From positions 1-26,694 of IMG/VR virus record IMGVR_UViG_3300034357_000131: DNA of 26,694 nt. One strand, given 5' to 3'. This stretch comes from a virus. Lineage: Duplodnaviria; Caudoviricetes. The notes beneath the pieces are model-generated. The model did not search any database and was not told where the DNA came from. It saw nothing but the letters and a program-made list of their open reading frames with translations. The position numbers and the translations under genes were made by a program. Below, in pieces: positions 1-8,461 of the stretch (the stretch's first letter is position 1; every line of letters starts with the position of its first letter).

Positions 1-723
1 CGAGATAACGTAGCCCGTTACCGGAATACCAAACCAACCAAGATTACTGATGTCACTCGCATCATCGGATTTGAGAATGCAGGAATGACAGATGCCTTTG
101 TTAATCCACAAAACTTCCCCGTTCTACCAACCGATCCTCACATCGAACACGCTGTGGGCCACCTGCAGGACATGATGATGCAGTTGCAAATGACAATGCA
201 ATCTGTCCAACAGCAGCAGGGAGACCTCAGCGATATGTCCACAACCATTCGATCAGTGAAATTCAAAGGTGGTCACATCATGGCCCACGTTGAGTTTATC
301 TCTAGGGACGAAAGCAAGAAAGACTTCCTCAAGCAATTCATGCAAGGCATGGGAGAAGCTCAGGGAATGGCCGATGAACTACAATCTGTTTACCAAGAGA
401 TGGCTCAAGCAGAAGCTCAGAAACAAGGTCAACCAAACTCCGAGGAAGACATCAAACTTCAATATCTCGCCGCTAAATCTGGTATCGACATCGACACCAA
501 GAAGAAACTTGCTGATATCTCAATTGGCAAGGCATCTATCAGTCACGCTCAACGCACCGAGCAACGCAAAGAACAAGGAATCACTCAACTCGCGCTCCAG
601 AAGGCAAAAGCTCGCGCTGAAATTCAGAAAACTAAAGCTAAGATGAAAGCGGAAGAGGGAGAAGAAACTCCAGAGGAAGTTGAGACAATAGAGGAAGTTG
701 AAGTTACACCAACACAAACATGA
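1..723 (+). CDS. Probable portal protein, C-terminal part (5'-truncated)
   Basis: The frame is open from base 1 (RDNVARYRNT...), so the ORF-track start at 85 is internal. It contains PTDPHIEHAVGH, a D-x-H-x-x-H-x-x-x-H motif that I recall from podovirus-type portal C-termini, followed by a Q/E/K-rich helical tail. It lies upstream of the scaffold and capsid genes. Confidence 0.55.
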   Translation, partial: RDNVARYRNTKPTKITDVTRIIGFENAGMTDAFVNPQNFPVLPTDPHIEHAVGHLQDMMMQLQMTMQSVQQQQGDLSDMSTTIRSVKFKGGHIMAHVEFISRDESKKDFLKQFMQGMGEAQGMADELQSVYQEMAQAEAQKQGQPNSEEDIKLQYLAAKSGIDIDTKKKLADISIGKASISHAQRTEQRKEQGITQLALQKAKARAEIQKTKAKMKAEEGEETPEEVETIEEVEVTPTQT

Positions 724-965
724 CAACAGACAAAGTAAAATCCCTATGCGCGGCTATTGCAACACACGAAGACTGGAGCAAGCTACAAGCTTATCTACTT
801 CTGAATGTAAATCCGCCAGAGGGAGTAACCACATTAATTCATGCGATCAAAAATATTGAAGCTATTGGAACGGATGAGCAAGGGGCATTCAAAAAAACAA
901 AATCTTCCTCAAAGCATAAAGAGTCTTCGGACGGCGCAATTGATCCTGACCTTGACGAAATCTAA
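720..965 (+). CDS. Small hypothetical protein between portal and scaffold (81 aa)
   Basis: ATGA overlap with the upstream stop; fills the gap up to 969. Confidence 0.7.
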   Translation: MTTDKVKSLCAAIATHEDWSKLQAYLLLNVNPPEGVTTLIHAIKNIEAIGTDEQGAFKKTKSSSKHKESSDGAIDPDLDEI

Positions 966-968
966 TTT

Positions 969-2252
969 ATGGAAAACACAACCACCGCAGAAGTAATCAA
1001 AGAACTGCAAAACAAACCGCAGGTTCCAATCAAGGGAAACACATCTGACTTCCTTAAGAAGTTCAGCAAGCAACAAACTGATGAGGGTAAACCGAGTGCT
1101 AACAATGTCGGCGATCCAAAACTTGGAACAAGAAAACTCGATGAAGAACCACCAGAAGAATCAGTGGCGGGAGTTACCGAGTCTGAAATCACATCTGACC
1201 GAACCGGAAAGAAAAAAGGTTTCGTTGAACGACAAATTGAAGAAAACCGAAAACTCAAAGAAGAACTCGAAAAATACAAAAAAGATGAGATTCCAAAATT
1301 TGAAACCAAAATCCAAGAGCTTGAGCGAATGGTCTCCGAGTCAACATCGACCAAGGAATCCAACCACTACCAAGACCAGCTTAACAAAGCCCACCAAGAA
1401 AAAGTTGACGTTGAACAACAGCTTTCTGAGCAGATCAAAGACTTGCGTAGCAAACTGGATTTCCACGACATTACAAGTAATCCGGACTTCAAGAAAACAT
1501 ACATGGAGCCTATCAAGAATACTTACGATAGTGCGCGACAGTTGCTGGCTAATGACGCAACGCTTCTTTCAACCTTCTCCCGTGCTGTTAATGCAAACGC
1601 CTCCATCTTTAATGCGTCATCCGAAGAGGACCGTAGAGCGGCAGAAACCGACCGCGACCAAGCGTTCGAGGAAATCACAAACTCGCTCTCGCAGTTCAAG
1701 CAATACCAATTCGCCGAGCAAGTCAACAGCTTCATCAAAGCCACTCAAAGCCACCACTCCGCCCTCATTAACTTTGAGAACACCAAGCAGAACATCATCC
1801 AAACAACCAAGCAGAAAGAACAAGATGGAAGGGCAAAGTATCTAAACCAATGGCGGGATAGTTATAAATCCACCCAGCAGGAGATTGATAATGCTACAGA
1901 GGTTCCTGACATGGTTGCTGAATACATGAAGGAGAAGGGAATTAAGTATGATCTTTCTAAAGATGAATCTATTGCCCTCGCGGCCACCCAACAAAGCAGC
2001 GAATCAGCATCTGTAGAAGACATGAACCGATTGATCCACCAAGGTCGATCATATCAGAAGATTCAAGCACAACTTAAGGCATACCAAGAAATGGTAAAAG
2101 AAAAGGATGAGTATATTGCGAAACTGAAAGGATCATCTCGCATGACATCCAACCCAAGTGCGATGGATTCCCAGAAGTCAAGATTGAGTATTACAGAAGG
2201 ACTAGCCGCGAAGATTGCGAGGTTCTCGCCTCAGAATCGCGTGACAGCATAA
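969..2252 (+). CDS. Probable capsid scaffolding protein (coiled-coil)
   Basis: 427 aa, E/K/Q-rich and helical, with a disordered N-terminus and no Cys. Lies directly upstream of the capsid gene. Function inferred from position. Confidence 0.6.
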   Translation: MENTTTAEVIKELQNKPQVPIKGNTSDFLKKFSKQQTDEGKPSANNVGDPKLGTRKLDEEPPEESVAGVTESEITSDRTGKKKGFVERQIEENRKLKEELEKYKKDEIPKFETKIQELERMVSESTSTKESNHYQDQLNKAHQEKVDVEQQLSEQIKDLRSKLDFHDITSNPDFKKTYMEPIKNTYDSARQLLANDATLLSTFSRAVNANASIFNASSEEDRRAAETDRDQAFEEITNSLSQFKQYQFAEQVNSFIKATQSHHSALINFENTKQNIIQTTKQKEQDGRAKYLNQWRDSYKSTQQEIDNATEVPDMVAEYMKEKGIKYDLSKDESIALAATQQSSESASVEDMNRLIHQGRSYQKIQAQLKAYQEMVKEKDEYIAKLKGSSRMTSNPSAMDSQKSRLSITEGLAAKIARFSPQNRVTA

Positions 2253-2278
2253 TACAATCCTAATTCTGGTTCATAGAT

Positions 2279-2316
2279 GGGGGAGGTAGATTCGGCTACC
2301 TCCCCCAAACTTTTTT
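2279..2316 (+). terminator. Intrinsic terminator
   Basis: Perfect 11-bp stem GGGGGAGGTAG / CTACCTCCCCC with loop ATTCGG, followed by AAAC and T6. Confidence 0.75.
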
Positions 2317-2326
2317 AAAAAAACAT

Positions 2327-2355
2327 TTGACATGGTGAATTAAGTATATAATAGT
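2327..2355 (+). promoter_or_regulatory. Candidate sigma70-type promoter for the capsid operon
   Basis: TTGACA at 2327-2332. AATAGT lies at 17-nt spacing (2350-2355); a perfect TATAAT (2347-2352) is at a non-canonical 14 nt. Sits just after the terminator. Confidence 0.45.
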
Positions 2356-2377
2356 CCTTCAAACGGGATAGACGAAA

Positions 2378-2393
2378 TTATCGTTTACGATAA
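2378..2393. repeat. Dispersed palindrome copy 1 (TTATCG TTTA CGATAA), intergenic
   Basis: Read directly; about 20 nt downstream of the candidate promoter. Confidence 0.9.
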
Positions 2394-2404
2394 GATTAGT
2401 GATT

Positions 2405-2553
2405 CAGTCTCACCCAGACTGGCGAGTTATCGGACTCGCATGAAAAACGATTTCTGGACAGAAAAATCTCTGGGTCGAGTCCAGCAGAGGAAACCAAGCA
2501 CTCGCTTGCTATTCCTCTAGGTTTAGTTGGCGGGGCAAAACTAAAACTAAACC
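2405..2553 (+). ncRNA. Candidate structured RNA leader of the capsid gene
   Basis: Five back-to-back stems: 2405-2421, 2422-2439, 2454-2484, 2486-2518 and 2520-2553. I do not recognise the family. Confidence 0.5.
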
Positions 2554-2579
2554 AAACTCAATCAAACAAACTAAATATT

Positions 2580-3992
2580 ATGGCAAGCGAACAGCTTTAC
2601 TTTAATTCATGTGCCGAGATTGACAGTTTCTTCCGCGAAGGTCGCGAGTATTTCAACGACCTTTATGTAAAGAAGCTTGTCACTAACAGTGCATACTTCA
2701 CCCGCTTCGAGGAGCAAGCATGGCCCCTCAACCACACCACTGAGCAAAAAGCTTTCCGCTTTGGCCGTGGATTCCACGATCCTTGCACACCTTTCCGTGC
2801 GATCACCGACACCTATTGCGAGACTGATTCTTGCGACAGCAAACCAGAAGTTATTCAGCGTCCCGGCACTGAGAGCTACACCTTTGAGCTTCTCCGTAAA
2901 GAGATGACCACTGACTGGATTTGCGTTGAGAGCCTTCTCTATCGCTTGTTCCCCGCTGAAGAAATTCTTCAGTTCGAGGAGAGCAACGCCCGCATCACCA
3001 AGAATGTTCACGAAGAGTTCCTTCGTTCCAACTACATCGGTGGAGCCGGTCACAAGTGGATGGGTATCACAACGGATGACGGAACCTACTGTGGTCTCGT
3101 TGACGATCAGGCTTGGTTCGTTCCAGAGCACACGATCAACAACGAAGCTGGTTACGACCTTTGCGCCATCCGCGTTAAGATTGACAAAGACGATCTCAAC
3201 AAGATCGCTTATCTCTCGCTTGATATGCTCGACGACGCACTCGTTGACCTCCAAGACGAAGATGACGCTTTCCGCCTTGATCTCCAAGATGCGACTGGTC
3301 AGCCTCTGCTGGACATCGTTATCCCTGATCCTCAAGTTGGCCGTGCGCTTTACTTCCAAGCCAAGCGCAACAACGGTTACTGGGATGCAAACACCGACTT
3401 CGATGAGCGTCTTACTCGTCTGAAACTCGGCATCAACCGCATCATCGGTGACTACGCCTTCGGTTACGACATCAACTCCGCTCGTTTCAACGCTGACACT
3501 GCATTCAATGCCGGTCTCGCCGCGTTCAACGAAGCTGATCCTGCAACATGGGCACGCCTCGTTCGTGTTCCTCGTTACATCAAAACCGTCATCGAAAACG
3601 GATGTGCTTACATTCCTAACAGAGCTTACCGCAATGCCGACTTCGGTATCTCGGTTGCTATGGTGAACAAAGCAATGTGCAAATGGACAATGCCATCCTC
3701 AAGTGGATATGGCGAAGCTCAACAAATGACCCAGAACTACGCTGGTGATTGGGAGTGGAAAAATCCAGACTGGGAGTGCAACCGCTGGCGCAAATCGGGC
3801 TTCTATCAAGCCCAGTTCCGTCTTGCCGCACAGGTCAAAGACCCAACCATCATGCACACGTTCCTGCATCGTATGCCTAAGAGCAAAAACCTCTACGGTT
3901 CCTGCTGCGAAGTTCAGACCTACATTGTTCCTGAGAACAATCAGGACTGCTACAGCTGCGCTGGTGTAGGCGACATCGTTGTGCCTTCCTAA
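2580..3992 (+). CDS. Major capsid protein (probable)
   Basis: 470 aa, follows the scaffold gene. Codon use is biased toward TTC/AAC/TAC/ATC/CGT-CGC, as expected for a highly expressed gene. It has its own promoter and leader and a downstream hairpin. 14 Cys. Confidence 0.75.
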   Translation: MASEQLYFNSCAEIDSFFREGREYFNDLYVKKLVTNSAYFTRFEEQAWPLNHTTEQKAFRFGRGFHDPCTPFRAITDTYCETDSCDSKPEVIQRPGTESYTFELLRKEMTTDWICVESLLYRLFPAEEILQFEESNARITKNVHEEFLRSNYIGGAGHKWMGITTDDGTYCGLVDDQAWFVPEHTINNEAGYDLCAIRVKIDKDDLNKIAYLSLDMLDDALVDLQDEDDAFRLDLQDATGQPLLDIVIPDPQVGRALYFQAKRNNGYWDANTDFDERLTRLKLGINRIIGDYAFGYDINSARFNADTAFNAGLAAFNEADPATWARLVRVPRYIKTVIENGCAYIPNRAYRNADFGISVAMVNKAMCKWTMPSSSGYGEAQQMTQNYAGDWEWKNPDWECNRWRKSGFYQAQFRLAAQVKDPTIMHTFLHRMPKSKNLYGSCCEVQTYIVPENNQDCYSCAGVGDIVVPS

Positions 3993-3999
3993 GTTAACC

Positions 4000-4023
4000 G
4001 GGGAGAGGGTCAAACCTCTCCCC
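4000..4023 (+). promoter_or_regulatory. GC-rich hairpin after the capsid stop (no U-tract)
   Basis: GGGGAGAGG-GTCAAA-CCTCTCCCC, a perfect 9-bp stem. Confidence 0.65.
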
Positions 4024-4047
4024 ACAACCTTAAACAAAATAAAATAT

Positions 4048-4902
4048 ATGTCTAATAAACGACCACTCGCTTATGATCGTGTCAACCTGTTTGGCCCGAC
4101 TCCAATCAACATGAATGTTGCTGGTAACGCACAAATCTTCGCCCTCAATGATGGGGAGACGAAATTTATGCCTACAAGCATCGTTCTTGAAAACGCATAC
4201 GTTCGCGGAACCCAATCAACCCCAGCAGTAGTTGTGGCTGATAACGGAATCACGGGACAAAACGTATCTGCTTCAGTTACACTTAACACAACATTGGATG
4301 ACCAAGATTATTCCAACGTAGCAGCACTCGTTGCAAACCCAGTTCCAGTTATCACTGGAAAAGAAGATTCAATCGTGTCTGTCGCTCGCACTGCAAACAT
4401 TGCAACTGTTATTATCTCCAGCGCCATTACTGGTGCTATTGCTGGTGACATTGTTAGCATCGAAGGTGCTGGCGAATTCAATGCAGATAAAGTAGTGCTT
4501 GCTTCTGTATCTGGAACAACTCTCACCTACATCAATGTTGGTGTTGATGTCGCTACCACTTCCGCTACACTTGCGAAAGTTGTATATGGCAATGTTCTTC
4601 GTTTGAAGAAAACTACACTTGGTCAAGGCCGCGCAACAACCCTTCGCGAGCGCGCTAATGGTGTAGCAACGCTTACATTTGCAGCAGCACACGGACTTAA
4701 TGTCGGTGACACTGTTAGCGTTGTAAGTGTTGGTGGAACAGGATACAACGATGCTAACGCAGAAATTACTGCTGTTACAACATCATCGCCATTCACTATC
4801 TCGTATGTCAACGCTGGAGGCACTGAAGCTTCTACTGCTGATACTGCCGGACGTGTTGGTGCATTGTTTGTGAATGCCTACGTTGTTGGTATCTACTACT
4901 AA
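4048..4902 (+). CDS. Probable capsid decoration/cement protein with two internal beta-rich repeats
   Basis: The ATG at 4048 has an A-rich leader and is preferred over TTG 3979. The protein is T/A/V/G-rich with two similar segments (R-x-x-x-[IV]AT...GD[IT]VS...G..[FY]N...T[LI][TS]Y[IV]N.G). Confidence 0.6.
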   Translation: MSNKRPLAYDRVNLFGPTPINMNVAGNAQIFALNDGETKFMPTSIVLENAYVRGTQSTPAVVVADNGITGQNVSASVTLNTTLDDQDYSNVAALVANPVPVITGKEDSIVSVARTANIATVIISSAITGAIAGDIVSIEGAGEFNADKVVLASVSGTTLTYINVGVDVATTSATLAKVVYGNVLRLKKTTLGQGRATTLRERANGVATLTFAAAHGLNVGDTVSVVSVGGTGYNDANAEITAVTTSSPFTISYVNAGGTEASTADTAGRVGALFVNAYVVGIYY

Positions 4903-4913
4903 AAACAAACCTT

Positions 4914-4941
4914 GGGTGGGGGAGATTAACCTCCCTCACCC
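4914..4941 (+). terminator. GC-rich hairpin, possible weak terminator or stabiliser
   Basis: GGGTGGGGGAG-ATTAAC-CTCCCTCACCC (11 bp, one G-U pair); a T5 run lies 7 nt downstream. Confidence 0.5.
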
Positions 4942-4957
4942 TAACCCCTTTTTAATT

Positions 4958-5242
4958 ATGGCTTGCTTCACCGATCTTCCTTATTCAAACTGGTCTTACC
5001 AGTTGCTACGAACTCTCTACGCCGCCGCTGGTGAAAATGCGGTTACGACTACTCTGGGATGCTATCAAGCAATGCCCCTAGCCCATCAAATGTATCAGTT
5101 CTATGTGAACCTGCATTATATCGGTGGTTCGATCACACCGATCTCCGAGAACTGCTATGTCCAAATGACTGAGGATATGCAGTGGTATCACTTGAACGAA
5201 GCGTTGGAGTATTCCTACAACCCAGTTCTACCGGAAATCTAA
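4958..5242 (+). CDS. 94-aa protein made of three tandem Cys-initiated repeats
   Basis: The ATG at 4958 is preferred over 4874. Repeats are CFTDLPYSNWSYQLLRTL, CYQAMPLAHQMYQFYVNL and CYVQMTEDMQWYHLNEAL. Confidence 0.75.
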   Translation: MACFTDLPYSNWSYQLLRTLYAAAGENAVTTTLGCYQAMPLAHQMYQFYVNLHYIGGSITPISENCYVQMTEDMQWYHLNEALEYSYNPVLPEI

Positions 5243-5243
5243 A

Positions 5244-5259
5244 TTATCGGTAACGATAA
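5244..5259. repeat. Dispersed palindrome copy 2 (TTATCG GTAA CGATAA), intergenic
   Basis: Fills most of the 23-nt gap between stop 5242 and ATG 5266. Confidence 0.9.
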
Positions 5260-5265
5260 AACATT

Positions 5266-6201
5266 ATGCCAACCAGAGAATGCTTCATGTCAAATACACT
5301 GGATAACCAGTTGTATGACATCGCTGAAGCATTGTCTAGCAATAGTGGGTATAATTTACCATCAAGATCATGCTTCAATGAGATGACCTCAGATTATCAG
5401 TTGTATAATTTATTGCGAGCATTGGGTGACAATATTGATCCAGACGCTCAAGCATATATTAATGCAAGTGGCGCAACTGAAATTCAAGGCATTAACTTAT
5501 TCGTTAAAGGTATCAAGAACCTCGGACTCTGGGAAAACATGGTCTGCTGGCCGCTCCGCTCCACTCAGAACGCAGGCACGGGATCAACAGCATACTCGCT
5601 TGGCGGGCTTGGAACTTACAACGGCACTCTCGTAAACGGGCCGACTTGGGGGGCGGATGGGATAGCATTTGTCAGGACATCGACCCAGCACATCACGACA
5701 ACTTTGGCGTTAAGCGGCACGCAGAATTGCACGTTTTTCGCAGCAAACTCAACCACTGACGATAATGGTGGAAGCGGCGGAATTATCAGTTTGATGGGCA
5801 CTCGAAATGCAGGGGCAATTACGACTACCGTTTGTGTCGCATTTGCTGATAATGGAAGTAATTTTATCGAATCAAGTTTTATTATTAACCTGCCTCCGTC
5901 GACTTCTCGACCGGCGAACCCATACACTTCAGCGCATGTATTTGAGCCAACCCAGCCGATATTAAGAGTCGGCGCTAACGGTGGTGCGCTAACATTGTCC
6001 GTCCCGGTAAGCACGCCGCTAGGCGGCACTCAGCCTAACTTGGTTATCGGGCACTCTGGCCCAGTTTTATCAGACCGTGGTTTTAATGGGACCATGCATT
6101 TCACAAGCGTTTTTGCGAATCTTGCGATGAGCCAATCTCAATCGCTCGCCTTGCATAGTCTCTTAAAACAAACCCTTGGCCAAGGACTCGGACTACCATG
6201 A
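5266..6201 (+). CDS. Putative head-fibre/adhesin: two N-terminal Cys repeats plus a ConA/LamG-like beta-sandwich
   Basis: NGTLVNGPTW...IAF and LVIG...FNGTM are segments typical of LamG-like phage domains. Confidence 0.55.
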   Translation: MPTRECFMSNTLDNQLYDIAEALSSNSGYNLPSRSCFNEMTSDYQLYNLLRALGDNIDPDAQAYINASGATEIQGINLFVKGIKNLGLWENMVCWPLRSTQNAGTGSTAYSLGGLGTYNGTLVNGPTWGADGIAFVRTSTQHITTTLALSGTQNCTFFAANSTTDDNGGSGGIISLMGTRNAGAITTTVCVAFADNGSNFIESSFIINLPPSTSRPANPYTSAHVFEPTQPILRVGANGGALTLSVPVSTPLGGTQPNLVIGHSGPVLSDRGFNGTMHFTSVFANLAMSQSQSLALHSLLKQTLGQGLGLP

Positions 6202-6425
6202 CACAGCACCCGCCGATGACACGCTACAGAGCGACCGAGCTTCACGACAACGATCTGCCGTGGTTCTGCTGGGATCAAACCGCTGACGATCAAACCCGCC
6301 CAATGGAATGGGGCGTTACGCTAGTGCCAACGCCCGACGATATTGACGAGCCTGCCTTTTGGGAATGGAGTGCTATGCTACCAGAAGGAATTATCTTGCC
6401 AGATTGGATACAACAAATAAGCTAA
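6198..6425 (+). CDS. Small Trp/Pro/Asp-rich partner protein (75 aa)
   Basis: ATGA-coupled to the upstream gene; fills the gap. Confidence 0.6.
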   Translation: MTQHPPMTRYRATELHDNDLPWFCWDQTADDQTRPMEWGVTLVPTPDDIDEPAFWEWSAMLPEGIILPDWIQQIS

Positions 6426-6432
6426 TAAAATT

Positions 6433-8082
6433 ATGCCAATTGATTCTAAAGAGTGTTTTACTTCCCTGACAACTGATGGTCAGTTGTATGAAATTTACCT
6501 TGCTGCACAAGCCAACGGCGGCGGCGATTCTTTTGGGGCAGTATATTATTTCAACCGCTCAAATGCATCAAGTATCTCTGGATACTATGAGATGTCTAAA
6601 AACTTGGTAATTGGTGCAGGGACTACGCTCACGGCTACTGGCGCAGGAACACAATTAGTAGGTTCATTTGCAACAGTTTTAAATAATCCAAATGTTACGA
6701 CAATTCCATCAGGCAACTGGAATTTTGAAAATTATGTTTCAATGAATTCCAATGGTGGGACACCTAAGATTTATGGTGAAATTTATTCGCGTAATCTTGC
6801 TGGAACAGAAACGCTAATTGCAACAAATATTTCTAATCCACATACAATTACAGATGGAACTGTAAATGAATTGTATTTGTGGAGCATCCCAGTCCCAGCG
6901 ACAAATATTTTAGCTACAGATCGAATTGTAGTTAAGTTTTACGCACTTAATCTTGGTGGCAGAACAATGACAATGCACTTTGAGGATGCAAGTGTTGCTC
7001 AAGCTACTACTTCCCTTCCTTCCGTAGACCTTTCTGCTTATGTTTTAAAAGCAGGCGACACAATGACTGGCAAGTTGAATTTGCCAGCGTCAACTACTTC
7101 ATCTGCTCCGCTTAATTTAGGGAACGGCACAGCACCAACATCAGGATCGTCTGTTCCGGGAGATTTATTTTTTGACGGCAGTTTAAGATACAGAGACAAT
7201 GCATTAACAACGCGAAGTGTTGCCGCGACAAATAAAACAAATGCGTTTACCGACGTTCAAACGATTACAGTAAGCAATTCCACGAATGCGGGTTTGACTG
7301 TAACGCAAAACGGAAATGGGGGTGGAGTTAAAATTGTAAATCCTACAGGAACGGGAGAATCGTTACGCATTGAGGATGAGTCCCCTGAATCAACTCCATT
7401 TGTTGTAAGCGGAACTGGACGAGTTGGAATTGGGACTGCGCCTGACGCAACGGTAGGATTAAAATTAGATTTGACTGGTATTAAATTCAACGATGGAACG
7501 ATTCAAACTACGGCAGCAACATCCGGAGTAACCTCAGTTACTGCCACTGCACCCATCCAATCTACTGGCGGAACAACTCCAGTTATCTCTACCACGCAGT
7601 CAGGGGCGGCATCTGATGGATATTTGAGTTCGACTGATTGGAATAAATTTACTGATAAAGTATATTGCATTTCATTGGGCCATTCTTCAGTAACCTTAGA
7701 TGCTGGGGGAACAAATGTATTTTTTTCAAACATATTCGACCTTGGTCCGGTAACAACATATAACCGAAGGCAATTCAAAGTTCCATTTAGCGGAACAATT
7801 ATTGCTGCATCACTCTCTTTCTATAATGGCGGAGGCGCAACCCCCGCTGGACACAGTGGAGCAACGATGTCTCTTTATAATGTTGACACAAACGCAACGG
7901 TGGCCTCGCTGATCAACTATAATGTAGATGGTATTGCAACACTTAATTTACTCTCGCAAACAGCAACGGGACTAACTATTGCAGTAGTGGCTGGAACGAC
8001 ATATAACATCTATCTGCAAGCTGGAACATTTTCAACCAATCCGACATCAGTTAGACAGGTAATTAACCTTTTCATAAAATGA
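6433..8082 (+). CDS. Mosaic fibre protein with one N-terminal Cys repeat
   Basis: Carries phage fibre motifs YVLKAGDTMTG, GRVGIGT, GIKFNDGTIQTTA and GVTSVTATAP...DGYLSSTDW, and a beta-rich C-terminal head. Confidence 0.7.
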   Translation: MPIDSKECFTSLTTDGQLYEIYLAAQANGGGDSFGAVYYFNRSNASSISGYYEMSKNLVIGAGTTLTATGAGTQLVGSFATVLNNPNVTTIPSGNWNFENYVSMNSNGGTPKIYGEIYSRNLAGTETLIATNISNPHTITDGTVNELYLWSIPVPATNILATDRIVVKFYALNLGGRTMTMHFEDASVAQATTSLPSVDLSAYVLKAGDTMTGKLNLPASTTSSAPLNLGNGTAPTSGSSVPGDLFFDGSLRYRDNALTTRSVAATNKTNAFTDVQTITVSNSTNAGLTVTQNGNGGGVKIVNPTGTGESLRIEDESPESTPFVVSGTGRVGIGTAPDATVGLKLDLTGIKFNDGTIQTTAATSGVTSVTATAPIQSTGGTTPVISTTQSGAASDGYLSSTDWNKFTDKVYCISLGHSSVTLDAGGTNVFFSNIFDLGPVTTYNRRQFKVPFSGTIIAASLSFYNGGGATPAGHSGATMSLYNVDTNATVASLINYNVDGIATLNLLSQTATGLTIAVVAGTTYNIYLQAGTFSTNPTSVRQVINLFIK

Positions 8083-8459
8083 AACCAGTAATTGATACAT
8101 ACACATTTTACAACCCTGTAACAGAAAAGGATCAAACCCAGAACAGGATCACGGTATATAACTCAAACGGGGAAATTGAATACCAGAATGATTATGCGGG
8201 ATCGACTGCTGAAGAATGGCTTCAACTTAACGGATATGGCGGAACTCAACTGACAACGCTGTTAAGCCTTCAAATATCCCTTGGATCACAGGGCAAGAGC
8301 AGTGAAAAACTAAATGAAGTTCATGATTGGACAAATCAAATCCTTTCTAGTTTTATCACCAATCCAGAAATCAGATTAGATTGGCCTGAGTGCCCACATG
8401 AATTTTACGATACGGCAAAAGAAGCATTTGATATTCTAAATCAAACTGAAGAACAATAA
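8079..8459 (+). CDS. Hypothetical protein, possible fibre assembly partner (126 aa)
   Basis: ATGA-coupled to the fibre gene. Confidence 0.6.
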   Translation: MKPVIDTYTFYNPVTEKDQTQNRITVYNSNGEIEYQNDYAGSTAEEWLQLNGYGGTQLTTLLSLQISLGSQGKSSEKLNEVHDWTNQILSSFITNPEIRLDWPECPHEFYDTAKEAFDILNQTEEQ

Positions 8460-8461
8460 TT

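Noticed and set aside
483-496. TATCG-ACAT-CGACA near match, and TTTCG-GTAGC-CGATA near 11085
   Set aside because: The first has a mismatch plus a non-consensus spacer, and the second has a 5-nt spacer. Both are compatible with chance.
269-3969. Long alternative-frame and antisense ORFs (269-646, 1081-1845, 2607-3359 minus, 2926-3423 and others)
   Set aside because: They are nested in better genes, have S/T/R/L-rich off-frame composition, and are explained by host-gene codon bias.
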